48,462 bases of DNA from the NCBI GenBank assembly GCA_002269645.1, contig NIVC01004363.1, positions 1 to 48,462 on the forward strand, written 5' to 3'. A program made the translations under genes and the position numbers. This DNA comes from Macrostomum lignano. Its lineage: Eukaryota. Under the pieces are notes generated by a model. The model searched no databases. It was not told the origin of the DNA and saw nothing but the letters and a program-made list of their open reading frames with translations. Positions 11,594 to 42,777 of the stretch are shown here, piece after piece (position 1 is the stretch's first letter; each line of letters opens with the position of its first letter).

Positions 11594-12895
11594 TGCTACT
11601 GACATAAAAATGCGTCCCGCAGAAGACACCAAGCTCGATCGTTTCCAGCTGTGTGGTACTATTAATTTGATGCGGCAGAGTGCAGGAGGCTGGGATTGCT
11701 CTCGATACTAGCTCAGAGCCAGGGCCGGGTTCTGAGTCCTTTGCGCCCTTTTTGCACACTAAAAGATCCGATTCGCATGCCTTTCTTGCTACTCTTCAGT
11801 AGGCAGTCTTTGATACAAGAATTCTAAGCATTCAGATCGAAATATTGAGAATTCTAAGCAGTCGAATCTGAAGAAGAGGACTCAAGGGATCTGTGTCAAA
11901 TGTCTTTTACGCTTTATTTTGCACTGAAGGGTACATCTCTTAGTACTTTTAACAATCTAATTCCTGATGTTAACCTGATTGACATGGTAGCAAGTGGACT
12001 TCGGCTTAAAGTCTTGAGAACTGCCCAAAGGCGCTCTCCAGAAATGAGAGAGTCACCCTGCAATACAAGCAGCTCGACTGTGACTGCCCACCGGAGCATT
12101 TCGACTGCGCTCAAAGACCTTCTCCAAGCCAAGTCTGGTTATGGCTACGAAGGAGTATTGATTAAAACAAAGTATTGCGTCCGCTCAAGTAAACAGCAAC
12201 TTCTCCCTGTCAAATTTTTCTCTTCCGCGACCTCCTCTAAAAGACTTTCTCTATGCTGTACTCTCGCGACACGGTCAACAAGCTTGCCCAATGCGCATGC
12301 CCCGATCCTACAGCATAAATCCCCTCCCCAATGCTCTGCGCCTCCCACAGCCAGCACTTGTCTTTCTTTTTTATGCCAGCAAATAGCAAGTTAATGTGCC
12401 ACAGCTGGCAGCCCACTGGGAAGAAAATTCTGCAACAGGAGGCCTGTAAGCAGTCGCAGTCCATTTCTTCCCAGCGGATAAACCTGGCAGAAAAGAGCTT
12501 CAAAATACACAATACTCAATTTCCTTGAGAAATCATTTATCCAAGTTCGTTCCGAAGCCGCCAATTTCCTAAATACAAGCGAAGGCACGAAATCAATAAA
12601 CGTCCCGGTAGGAGTTGATCGGAAACAGAGAAATGCTCTGCAGCAAATGACATAAAGGTATTGGCTTGGCCAGCCCAGTGCCGAGTCCTCGCTTGCTAGT
12701 TGAAGCTGTGCCTCTGAGTTTCTGGTCCTTCTATTGATAACATCGACACATTCAGCCCAGCAGGTCATCAAGCACTGGAATTAACTGGCTCCGAAATGAA
12801 TGCCAGAATAGTCGCAAAGTAGCCGGACCGGCAGTCGGACCAGCGGCCGCTCAGAAATTCTGCGCCCAGTACGAAGACTCGTCGGGTTCGTCCCG

Positions 12896-14897
12896 ATGTG
12901 GCTCGTCATCGACCGACGGTGCTCGCTCCGCAAGCTGGCCGGAGCGCTGCTGCTCATCGCCGCGCTCATCTCCACCCTGCTGCTCTCGGCGAGCTTCTGG
13001 ACGGGGCTGATCTGGCTGCTGCCGGAGCCGCTGCTGGCGCCGGCCGAGGCGCTCAGGATTGCCAGGAGTTACCCGCTGCCGCCTGCCAACCAGTCGTTGA
13101 CGCTGGCCGAGCTGCCGGTTGTGAAGCGAGTCCACTTCATGTACCGCGGGTACCGAATGAAGGAGCTGTTCAGAGTTCTGCTGGCGTCCTGGCGGTGAGT
13201 TGAATCTCTCCCTGATGCTTGTGGCATCTTGTGACCTATGTGTATCACATGCAGTGAGAGATAAGACAGCGGCCATAAGTTACAATTGATCGCTTCATTT
13301 TGTCTATTTTGCAATTAATAAATTTAATGTCAAGTAAGCGTGACAATAGTGACTGCAATCGAAATAGTACGCGGTGCGCTTACAGAGACTATCATCTCTT
13401 TCAATACTTGCCGACCACATTTTCATCGTTGATCACAGAAAGGTGTACCCGGACTACCAAATGTACTTCTGGACGGACGATGAGATCGACCTGCTGATTA
13501 GTCGGCGATACTCAGCCTGGCAGGACATGTACTACCGACAGCTGTCCAACTACATGGAGCGGTCGGACACCGCCAGAGCCTTCGTGCTGCACGCCATTGG
13601 CGGCTGGTACGCCGATCTCGACACCGGCTGCCTGAGCCGGGCGGACGGGTACGCAGCCAGACACGCTTTGATCTTGCCGCTGGAGCCCTACCTGCACGCG
13701 CTGAACAACTTCCGTATGCGCCGGTTGGTGAGCAACGCCATCATGTACAGCGCTCCGGGTCACCCGTTCTGGGTTTTCTACCTGCAGCGCCTGCGCGAGT
13801 CGCTGGTCGGCAAGAAGCCGAGGCAGAGCACTATGCAAGCCGCGATGGTCACCGGCCCGGTGCTGCTGACCAACGTGGCGCTCACCTTTCAGCAGGTGCG
13901 CGGCAGTAAGCTCTCATTCTGCTTCTCTCCATAGCCTGTGCAGGCGGCTCCATATTGGACAAAAAGTTTGAACCCATGATATCCTAAGTAGCGAGCGTCA
14001 AAGTACGGTGGTTCGATTCTATTCGTGACCACATCAATTTCGGGCGATTTTCATCGTGCGACTTCCGCCAATGTGGGCCAATTTCTAAGGCACAGAGGGT
14101 GTACATGACTGGCAAAGACAATGTCAGGGCTGCTGTACATCTTGTGTGTGAGTGCTGTGCCTGTGTGTGCACCTCTGCGGGCGGTCTCAAAGTTCAGCAG
14201 AACGGACTGCTTGCATCCTCCTCACTGACTCTGGACCCGCCAGTTGATTTGCATTGAATGATAACTTGCTAATATAGGTTGTCAGCGCAATTTTCTACGT
14301 TCGTTTCTTTAAAGCCGGGGATAGCACCACAACACGTCAGCGACATATCGTCGAGACAGTCGGTTCACTTTTCCAGACCGACCTGCCTCATGCTGTCATT
14401 TTATAATGACTGTCCTCGATAAGAGCTACTGCGGAAGCTGCAGGCACCCTATCGGCGAAGGCGCATTCCAAATTTTTTTGCTGCCTTTGTCAATTATTCG
14501 TTATGTTTCAAACCGAAGCCACCAACCTCCGCAGGCGCACAGCGGAAAGGGCTGCCCCGGTCTCTGGTGCCCGCACTTGGCCCCTCCGCAGCGATTTCTT
14601 CCTGTGTACGACAACAGCACGGTGGAAATGCGGCAGTCGTTTCGGCAGCTCTGTGACAGCGTCTTCGCCCTGCAGATTGTTGGCTTCGCCGAGGAGTGCC
14701 GGCGGTTCGAGCCGCACGGCTACCGGAACTACCGACTGGACCCGGACCAGTCTTGCACCTTCCACGCCTTCCTGCACCTGAACCAGCGGGCCAAAGACGC
14801 CGAACCCGAGGCCGACGTGCGCGACTGGGGCCTCGGCCTGGTCGTCGGGGATGAACTCGGGGCAGAAATTCGGCAGCTGGGAATGGGGGACGGGTGA
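12896..14897 (+). CDS. GT32/DxD glycosyltransferase, paralogue 2; join(12896-13194,13439-13895,14535-14897), 372 aa
   Basis: Same exon structure and phases as paralogue 1 (exon 2 is 457 nt in both). TM LAGALLLIAALISTLLL, RVHFMY, GGWYADLD, GCPGLWCPHL. Total 1119 nt. Confidence 0.88.
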
Positions 14898-15080
14898 CTC
14901 ACCTGTAGAAGGATTCCTATTGCTTCCATGTACTGCCGCTCCAGGTCTCAACTTACTGCTTCCATTGGAACTTTTGCCTGAATCCGATTGCCGCAAGCTT
15001 CTCATTTAGCAACTATTTGAAATACAATTCAAAGCATTTGTAAGCCAACGGCTTGCCTTGCAATAAGTGTCTTGCAATTT

Positions 15081-16151
<1,071 letters not shown>

Positions 16152-16534
16152 GATAATTAACGAATTGAGACTCAGTACAGGTATCAACCTGCTGCATCGC
16201 AAAGGTGTATTTTATACATGTGTACAAGCACAATATACTGGCATTTAGGCATTTAAAGAAAAGCAAAGCATTCTGCTGACTGACATAACTTTGCCTGACG
16301 GAGGCAAGTCGCCCAGCTAAAATTGGCGCAGTTGATCTCAGTCGCTGCGTCGGTTCCATCGCTAATTATCTAATTATCTGCCTCTCACAACCGCCTGGCC
16401 AGCGGCAGTCTGGCGAACTCGAATGGAGCACCAGTTGCTGGGACATTGCGGATGTCGAGATTTGAAAGGCAATTTGCTCGCAAGGAAATTAGAGGGCGAG
16501 ACAAGAGTTGCGAGGGCAGAAAGCGAGCAAAGGC

Positions 16535-16962
16535 AGATAATGAATGGGGAAGATAGGAGAGGGGGGCGGGTAGGGAGAGAAAGGTGAGTGATAGGGGAGA
16601 AAGTGAGATCGTGAAGAGAAGAGAGAGGGGGGAAGGAAAGACGAGAGAGGAGAGAGGGGAGAAAGGAGAGGGAGGAGATGGGTAATAGAGAAGAGAGAGA
16701 GAAATGGAAAGAGGAGAGAGGAGAGAGTGGAGAGGGGAGGAAGACAGCGGGAGAAGGGAGAGGGAAGAAGGCAGAGGGGAGAAGGGAGGGGGGAGAAGGG
16801 AGAGGGGAGAAGACAGAGGGGAGAAGGGAGGGGGGAGAAGGGAGGGGGAGAAGGGAGAGAGGGGAGAAGGTAGAGGGGAGACGGGAGAGGAGAGAAGGGA
16901 GGGGGAGAAGGGAGGGGGAGAAGGGAGAGGGGAGAAGAGAGAGTGAAGAGAGAGGGAGAGAG
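16535..16962. repeat. Polypurine GA-rich low-complexity repeat
   Basis: GAGGGGAGAAGGGAGGGG-type units, almost purely A/G on the + strand. Confidence 0.9.
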
Positions 16963-17158
16963 GGCAGTTGCAACTGCTCATTCAGTAAGAATAAAAGAAA
17001 CGGGGCGAGAGGGACACAGAGTGAGCTGGGGGTAGAGGCAGAGACAGGTACTGGGAGGGAGACAAGGCGGCACATGCGGAGATCCAGTTCGCAGCCACAT
17101 GGCAGCTGAATGCTCAGAGGCGGGTGGCTACACGGTGGTGGTGAGGTCAGGCGGGTGG

Positions 17159-35052
<17,894 letters not shown>

Positions 35053-35454
35053 TGGCTGTCGTAGCGTTTTGGAACTGTTTAATTGTAGTCTGGACTCGAA
35101 ATTGTCTGTCGTCTGTAGCAAACTCAGTTCGAAATTGAGACTCGAATTAGCGAGGGTCAGTAGCTCTCCCTAGCTGTGCAGTCAGCTATATACTCTGCTG
35201 TACACTCGAGCTCTTATCTTTCCAATGCGGCCCGGGCTTAAGCAGCATTGGCTGAGAGGCAATGCGAGTTAAAGAGAGACGGGAAAGTCCATTGACAGAG
35301 GGACCGGGCAGCCACAGATATCTGTTAGCATTATGTAGCAATTTTTGATCAGCTCGAAAAGAACATGAATTGCTACGATTAATTAAAACAATCTCAGCTA
35401 GAGTCGCTGCGCATTTTCTGGTGCAGTTTTGCTTAACAGCATGCTTAATTAGTA

Positions 35455-37860
35455 CAGCATTTTGAGCGCCGACGTCGGAGTTGAGCGCCGACGCGAGCGA
35501 AACCGGCGAGGCCGGCAACGTGGCGCCGCGCGCCGAGCTGCTGCCATGCGAGTCCATCTGGGTCTTCCGGGTGGCGCCGGAGACCATGAGGCTCACCACT
35601 ACCGAGCCCCAGCTGTACCACAGGGCACACTCCGAGTCGGGACGCTGAACTGCCGCACTCTCAAGGCCGCCTGGCGGAGAGGGTTGCTGGCGAAGTTAGC
35701 GCTCGACCTCAGCTGTGATGTCATTGCACTTCAGGAGGTGTCTATCAGAGCCGAGCCTGGACTTCACTGTGAGGACCTGGGCTCCGGTTGGACACTCTGG
35801 TACACCTCAGCGGATCAACGAGGCCGTGGAGGAGTTGGAGCACTGATCGGCCGAGACTGCAGCAGAGCTATCGCTGCTCTTCCTTGTCCCCCCCGGATGC
35901 TTCAGGTGCCGAGTACGCGGATGTGAGCGCCGCAGTACGAGCCGCCGCGGAACAACCGGTCCCGTTGATGCGACCGGCCCAGCGTGGGCAGCCGGTCTGG
36001 CAGGACGACCCCGCGATTCAGCAAGCGAGGGAAGATCTGGAGAGGCTCCGTCTGAGCAGGCGACCTACTCGCGAGGCGGAGGAGGCTCTGGCGACTGTCT
36101 ATCTGCAGCGGCAGCAGGCCGCAGTTGATGAAGTTGTCCAGGCCGTCTCTGCCGCTGGACCTGACGCCAGAGGGCGCGTGCCTGGTCCGCCATTAATGCT
36201 CTGACAGGGCGGAAGCGGCGCATCCAACTGAACCTGGCAGGCGACACTGCGGATGAGCGCAGGAACGAGCTGCGCGAGTTCTTCGCCGCCATCGTCAACG
36301 TACCGCCACCCCGCTGCCCAACATCCTGACGCTGCCCCCAAAGACGCCGTAGCCGTCAGAGGACAGTTTTAACGTTGCACCAGTCACCATGGCTGAAGTC
36401 GTAATGCTCGCCCAGAAGACGCCGGGCAGCAAGGCGTTGGGTCCGGACGAGGTGCCCATCGAGGCGCTGCGCATCCACTGTGTGGCCAGTGAGGTCGCCC
36501 GTGTGATGAACCGCGTGCTCTCCGGTGAAATGGCACCCACCGAGTGGACCATGGCGCACATCATCGCCATTCCAGAAAAGCCGGGCACTACACGGCTAGA
36601 CGAGCACCGAGGCATCTGCCTGCAATCCTGTGCTGCGAGGTTGTTCAACGGGATGCTGCTATCGCGGTTGCAACCCGTGCTGGATCCTTACCTGCGACCT
36701 GAGCAGAACGGATTTCGGCCCCACCGTGGCACAGTGCCGCAGATCCTAGCTTTTCGCCGAATCATCGAGGAGGCGCGCGCGCGCCAGTTGGATCTGATTG
36801 TTGTCTTCATTGACTTCATGAAGGCATTCGACTCGGTTGCGAAGGCAGCGCTCCCACATGTGCTCCGTGCGTATCATGTACCAGAACAGCTACGTGAGCA
36901 GCTGTGATGACGCCGGACTGCCTGTCGGACTCCTTAGAGACATCCTCCGGGGTGCTCCAGGGGGACACTCTAGCGTCGTTCCTGTTCGTCCTGGTGCTTG
37001 ACTGGGTGCTACGAACTGCTCTTCCTACCGACGAAGACGGCTTCGACGCGTGGGTCGACGTCAACCGGAGAAGCGGCTCAGCGTGCTTGGCTACGCCGAT
37101 GACCTCGCCCTGCTGTCCTCGACCGTAGAGGACGCCCAGCGCCAGCTGGACAAGCTGGTTAGCGCTGCAGCGAGCGTCGGCCTGGTGAACACGAAGAAGA
37201 CCGTTGTGGTCTGCGTGCCGGGCGACATCGAGGCCGCAATTTTCTGCCGAGGCGCTGGCGGGCAGGTAACGGAGCTTCCGCGCTGTCAGCAGTTTGTCTA
37301 CCTTGGCGGTCTGGTACCTGACGTCCGCAAGATCTGCGGCGTCGCCGCGGGCTCGCTTGGGCTGCCTTTCGCTCTGTGAGGGCGGTCCTGCAGTCCGAGG
37401 CCCTACCTGACCGCCAGAGGGCGGCGCTGTTCCAGGCGGTGGTCGAGACCGTCCTGTTGTACAACGCCGAGACCTGGAGGCTGACGGATTCGCTCGAACA
37501 GCAAGTCAATGCGGCGCACGCTCGCCTGCTGCGCGCCGCCTTTAAGATCAGCGACGAGCGGATCACTAACGCGGCAGTCTATCGCCGCGCCGGCCTGGCC
37601 CGTCCAAGTGAACTGCTGCGACTTCGGCGACATCATCCGCGCCGAGTCCTACCATGCCCCCAGCCGGTGCAGGAGGTGCTGCTGCTAACGCTGCAGGCAC
37701 CCTACCGGCGCGGCCAGGCCCGAACTCGGCGTTTCGTCGACTGCCTGCTGGCTGACGCTGGCGCCCCGGACTCTGCCGGCGGTGCGGCCTTTGTTCGCGC
37801 CCAGGCTCTGAAGCGTGCCCTGTGACGCTGGTTTTTTCCACCTGACAGCGTACTTTGTTG
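35455..37860 (+). mobile_element. RTE-type LINE with 5' end, partial APE endonuclease, RT and C-terminus; internally deleted and frameshifted; 10-bp TSD
   Basis: APE: VGTLNCRTLK, CDVIALQEVS, GRGGVG. RT: EWTMAHIIAIPEKPG, RPEQNGFRPHRG, IDFMKAFDSV, GVLQGDTLASFLF, GYADDLALL. TTG tail. TTAATTAGTA at 35445-35454 and 37861-37870. Confidence 0.92.
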
Positions 37861-37921
37861 TTAATTAGTAGATTCGTTGCTTTAGGCATGGGGAAGCCCT
37901 GCAGGGTCATGCGCTTCAGTA

Positions 37922-39216
37922 CGAGGGGCGTACTGAAAGTTTTGAGATACGGCTGACTCATAAGTCAGAACTGCACGAATTTTTACATGCATACTCTACC
38001 ACCTTTAAGAGGATTGAGTATTAATTTTCAGCCTTTGCGGTCTTGTCAATTTTTCACAATCTCTCTTTAAAGTCAATACCCCCTACCAAACTGTATTTGC
38101 TCCAATGGAGTTGGCAAACCGCGACTTTCATGCTATGATGGTTTATAGTCAGTGAAAAGGTCTTGCGTAGGAGCAGTGCGTTGAAAGTTTACATGCTGCC
38201 TTTGGAGACCAAGCCCCTTTACGTGCCACAGTTATTTGGTGGTACAGCGAATTTAAGTGGGGCCAAAGCCGCCTTGATGATGAACCCCAGACGGGACGTC
38301 CAGCTTCCGCTGTCACGGACGAAAAAATCGCTGCTGTCCGGAGAATGATTGACGAGGACCGGCGAGTGACCTGTGAGAAGATGAGAGAGGCTCTCGGCAT
38401 TGGATCGGCAGCGGTTACGACCATCCTGCACTCAAGCTGGGAGCCTCCAAGCGATGTGCCCGCTGGGTGCCCCACAACCTGGAGGAGGACCAGAATGCGG
38501 AGAGGGTGCGTTGGTGCGAGTTCCTACTCGAAAGATTCGATTCTGGGACCTTGAAGTGATGCTGGGAGATCATCAGTGGCGATGAGACCTGGGTCTGCCA
38601 GTGCGACCCGGAAACCAAGCAGCAGTCGGCAGTTTGGCTCCTCCCGGACGATGCCACCCCAACGAAGGTCAAGCGTCGGGAAGCAGATGGTGGCGGCTTT
38701 CTTCAGCCAGGCCGGCCACCTGGCGACTGTAGCGTTCCAAAACAGGTGGCCAGTCAATGCCGACTGATATACCAACCAGTGCCTGCCGCTCGTGTTCGAT
38801 GCGTGGCGCAGACGCCGGCCGCGCACCGGACTTTGTGGCCTGCTGCTGCACCACGACAACGTCAGTGCGCACGCGCCTGCTGCATCTTTGGCAATTCTGG
38901 CCGAGAATGGAGCTTAGTTGGTGACGTATCCCACATATTCCCTGCCCTGGCACCCTGCCACTTCTTTCTCTTCCCTTTGGAGAAGAACCAACTGCGTGGG
39001 ACTCAGTTTGAGAGTCCTGAAGCAGCAAGAATCGAGTTCGAGTGGGTGGTTTCAGCAGTGCCAGAAGAACAGTGGGCTGGAGCCTGAACGCAGTGGTTTC
39101 ACCGGATAAGGAAATGCGTGCAAGATGTTGACAACTACTTTGAAAAATTGTGACAGAAATTTTGGTTCAGATATTTGTGGTTTCGGCGTATCTCAAAACT
39201 TTCAGTACGCCCCTCG
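37922..39216 (+). mobile_element. Full-length (1295 bp) mariner, D,D34D-type transposase pseudogene
   Basis: Perfect 30-bp TIRs CGAGGGGCGTACTGAAAGTTTTGAGATACG (37922-37951, 39187-39216) with TA duplication on both sides. ORF from ATG 38105 (MELANRDF), WVPHNL, ISGDETW, LHHDNVSAH, LAPCHFFLFP, with stops and frameshifts. Confidence 0.96.
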
Positions 39217-39284
39217 TATAAGAGCTATTTCTTGCAGCTCTCCATGTTTCCCTGTGGCTCACAGACACTTGCCAGCCCTGCTGC

Positions 39285-39645
39285 CTCTCAGCTTCAGGCT
39301 GTCTGCATCCCGATCAGCTTCAAGTTCTCTGTCTCAGCTTCAGGTTGCCTCCGTCTGAACTTCAGGTGACCTCTATCTGAACTTCAGGTTGCCTGTCTCA
39401 GCTTCAGGTTGCCTGTATCTCAGCTTCAGGTTGCCTCTGTCTCAGCTTCAGGTTGCCTGTATCTCAGCTTCAGATTGCCTCTGTCTGAGCTTCAGGTTGC
39501 CTCTGTCTCAGCTTCAGGTTGCCTCTGTCTGAGCTTCAGGTTGCCTCTGTCTCAGCTTCAGGTTGCCTCTGTTTCAGCTTCAGTCTCTCTACATCTCAGC
39601 TTCAGGTTGCCTCTGTCTGAGCTTCAGGTTGCCTGTATCTCATTT
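39285..39645. repeat. 22-bp minisatellite TCAGCTTCAGGTTGCCTCTGTC, intergenic
   Basis: Direct reading. Confidence 0.93.
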
Positions 39646-40101
39646 TCAGTGCCCCTGTAGCATGGTTTAGCACAGCTACACTCGCTGACTGGCATATTAA
39701 TTTCACACACATGCAATTGTACTTGTAGACAGGCGCCCTGCATACCAGAGGCGTACCTGCATGTATTCAGCGATAAAATAATGATAACTGCAAAATCGAA
39801 GCCAACTAATTTTTATGGAGAAAACAATTTATATAAATATTTTGACATTATTTCAGTAATTATTTTGCAACTTATTGAGCAGAGCTACTCACAAGTAGTG
39901 CATCGTGCAGTCAAGAAAAAATAGCGGGATTACAGTTTGATATTCTGCAGCAACAAGTCCATCAACATATGAGAAAAACACGGCCGAGCTCGCAGAGCCA
40001 ATTGTGAATGAAGTTATGAACAAAGCTTTATGGCCTATTGATTGAATACTGCTGTGCATCTTGTACAGTGCACAGGTCTGGCAGATGCAGTAAGTTGGAA
40101 A

Positions 40102-40616
<515 letters not shown>

Positions 40617-40628
40617 GCATTCTCAGGC

Positions 40629-42654
40629 TCATTTGCCGCCAGTCCTGAGCATGCCGTAGAGGCCGCAGCCGGCCAGCTGGGCGCAGAACTCAACCACCTG
40701 TCTCTCCAGCGCCCGGTCCTTCTGGCTGGAGCCGGAGCGCTGCGTGCCGCGGTGCTCCAGAACCAGCGCCAGGTGCAGGCGCGGCTCCGCGTAGCCGATG
40801 CAGTAGGAACGGCGCAGCTTGTCGTCGGAGAAGAACCGCACGCGGACTTCGCCTGCGGAGGGGCCGCCGCTGCCCCAGTTCTCCGAGGCCACCTGCAGGC
40901 AGTCGCGTAGGCGAGTTGTGAAATTTATTGAAAAATTGACAATCGCTTCGATTTTTTCTAAGAAACCGGAACCGATTGTTTAAATTACCAATAAAGAGTT
41001 AGCCAACAGAACGAGATCATAAATGATTCTAACCCAGTTCTAAGTTATCCCAACTCAGTTCAAAGTTATCCCAACTCAATTCAAAGTTATCCCAACTCAA
41101 ATCAAAGTTATCCCAACTCAATTCAAAGTTATCCCAATTTAACTCAAAGTTATTCCAACTCAGTTCAAAGTTATCCTAACCGAATTCAAAGGTATCCTAA
41201 CTCAATTCAAATTCATCTCAACCCAATTCAAAGTTATCCCAACTCAACTCAAAGTTATCCCAACTCAATTCAAATTTATCCCAACTCAATTCAAATTTAT
41301 CCCAACTCAATTCAAAGTTATACCAACTTAACTCAAAGTATCTCAACTCAACTCAAAGTTATCCCAACTCAATTCAAAGTTATCCCAATTTAACTCAAAG
41401 TTATCCCAACCCGTTCGAATTTATCCCAAACCAGTTCAAAGATATCCCAACTCAGTTCAAAGTTATCCCAACTCAGTTCAAAGTTATCCCAACTCAAACC
41501 AATATTATCCTAACCCAGCCAAACGCATTAAAATCCCCATTAAAAGGCAAACCGCACTCCCGCACCGTCATCAGGATGTTGGTCATGTCCCCTGGCCCGG
41601 CTGCCGGTCCCACAGCAGATGAGGAGGCGGCAGCGCCAGCCGCAGCAGCGGAGGCGGGCGGGGCGGATTCCGCAGGCGGGAAGGCGAAGATGACGGGGTA
41701 GCCGTCCTTGCCGACTGGCCGCTCGCCCATCAGGCCTGGCAGGTAGTAGCCGTGGCCCAGGTACGGCTCCGACTGGGCAGTGGCGTTGAAAATCAGCAGC
41801 GAGGCCACGCAGTCGGTGCGCTTGTGCAGCTGGATCAGCTTCATCAGCAGGTCCTCCGGGTCCTGGCGCTGCTGGGCCATGCGGACCATCTCCTGCTGCT
41901 GGCCACTGGGACTCTGCTGGGCCAGCACGCTGCAGAAGCACAGGGTGTACTTTGACAGCAGGTGGGAATAAAGCCGGTGAAACCAGTGCAGCAGGTTGGG
42001 CTGGCCGGCCTTGTGCAGCTTCTGCGGGTTTTTGCGGAGCGCAGGCGGCTGAACTACTTTAAGTAGCTTAGTATATATATCTTATATTTACTCGTATATG
42101 TCAGTCTTTCTCTGCCTAGCTGCCTTAGTGTCTGTCTGCCTGTCTTAGTGTCCGCCTTAGTCTGTCTGGCTGCCTTAGTGTCTGTCTGCCTGTCTTAGTG
42201 TCCGCCTTAGTGTGTCTGCCTGTCTTAGTGTCCGCCTTAGTGTCTGTCTGCCTGTCTTAGTGTCCTCCTTAGTGTCTGTCTGCCTGTCTTAGTGTCCACC
42301 TTAGTGTCTGTCTGCCTGTCTTAGTGTCCGCCTTAGTGTCTGTCTGCCTGTCTTAGTGTCCGCCTTAGTCTGTCTGGCTGCCTTAGTGTCTGTCTGCCTG
42401 TCTTAGTGTCCGCCTTAGTGTCCACCTTAGTGTCTGTCTGGCTGCCTTAGTGTCTGTCTGCCTGTCTTAGTGTCCTCCTTAGTGTCTGTCTGCCTGTCTT
42501 AGTGTCCGCCGTAGTGTCTGTCTGCCTGTCTTAGTGTCCACCTTAGTGTCTGTCTGCCTGTCTTAGTGTCCACCTTAGTGTCTGTCTGCCTGTCTTAGTG
42601 TCCGCCTTAGTGTCTGTCTGCCTGTCTTAGTGTCCACCTTAGTGTCTGTCTGCC

Positions 42655-42703
<49 letters not shown>

Positions 42704-42746
42704 GAGTGTCTTTCTGTCTGTCTGTCTGTATATCTGTCGGTCTGTC

Positions 42747-42777
<31 letters not shown>

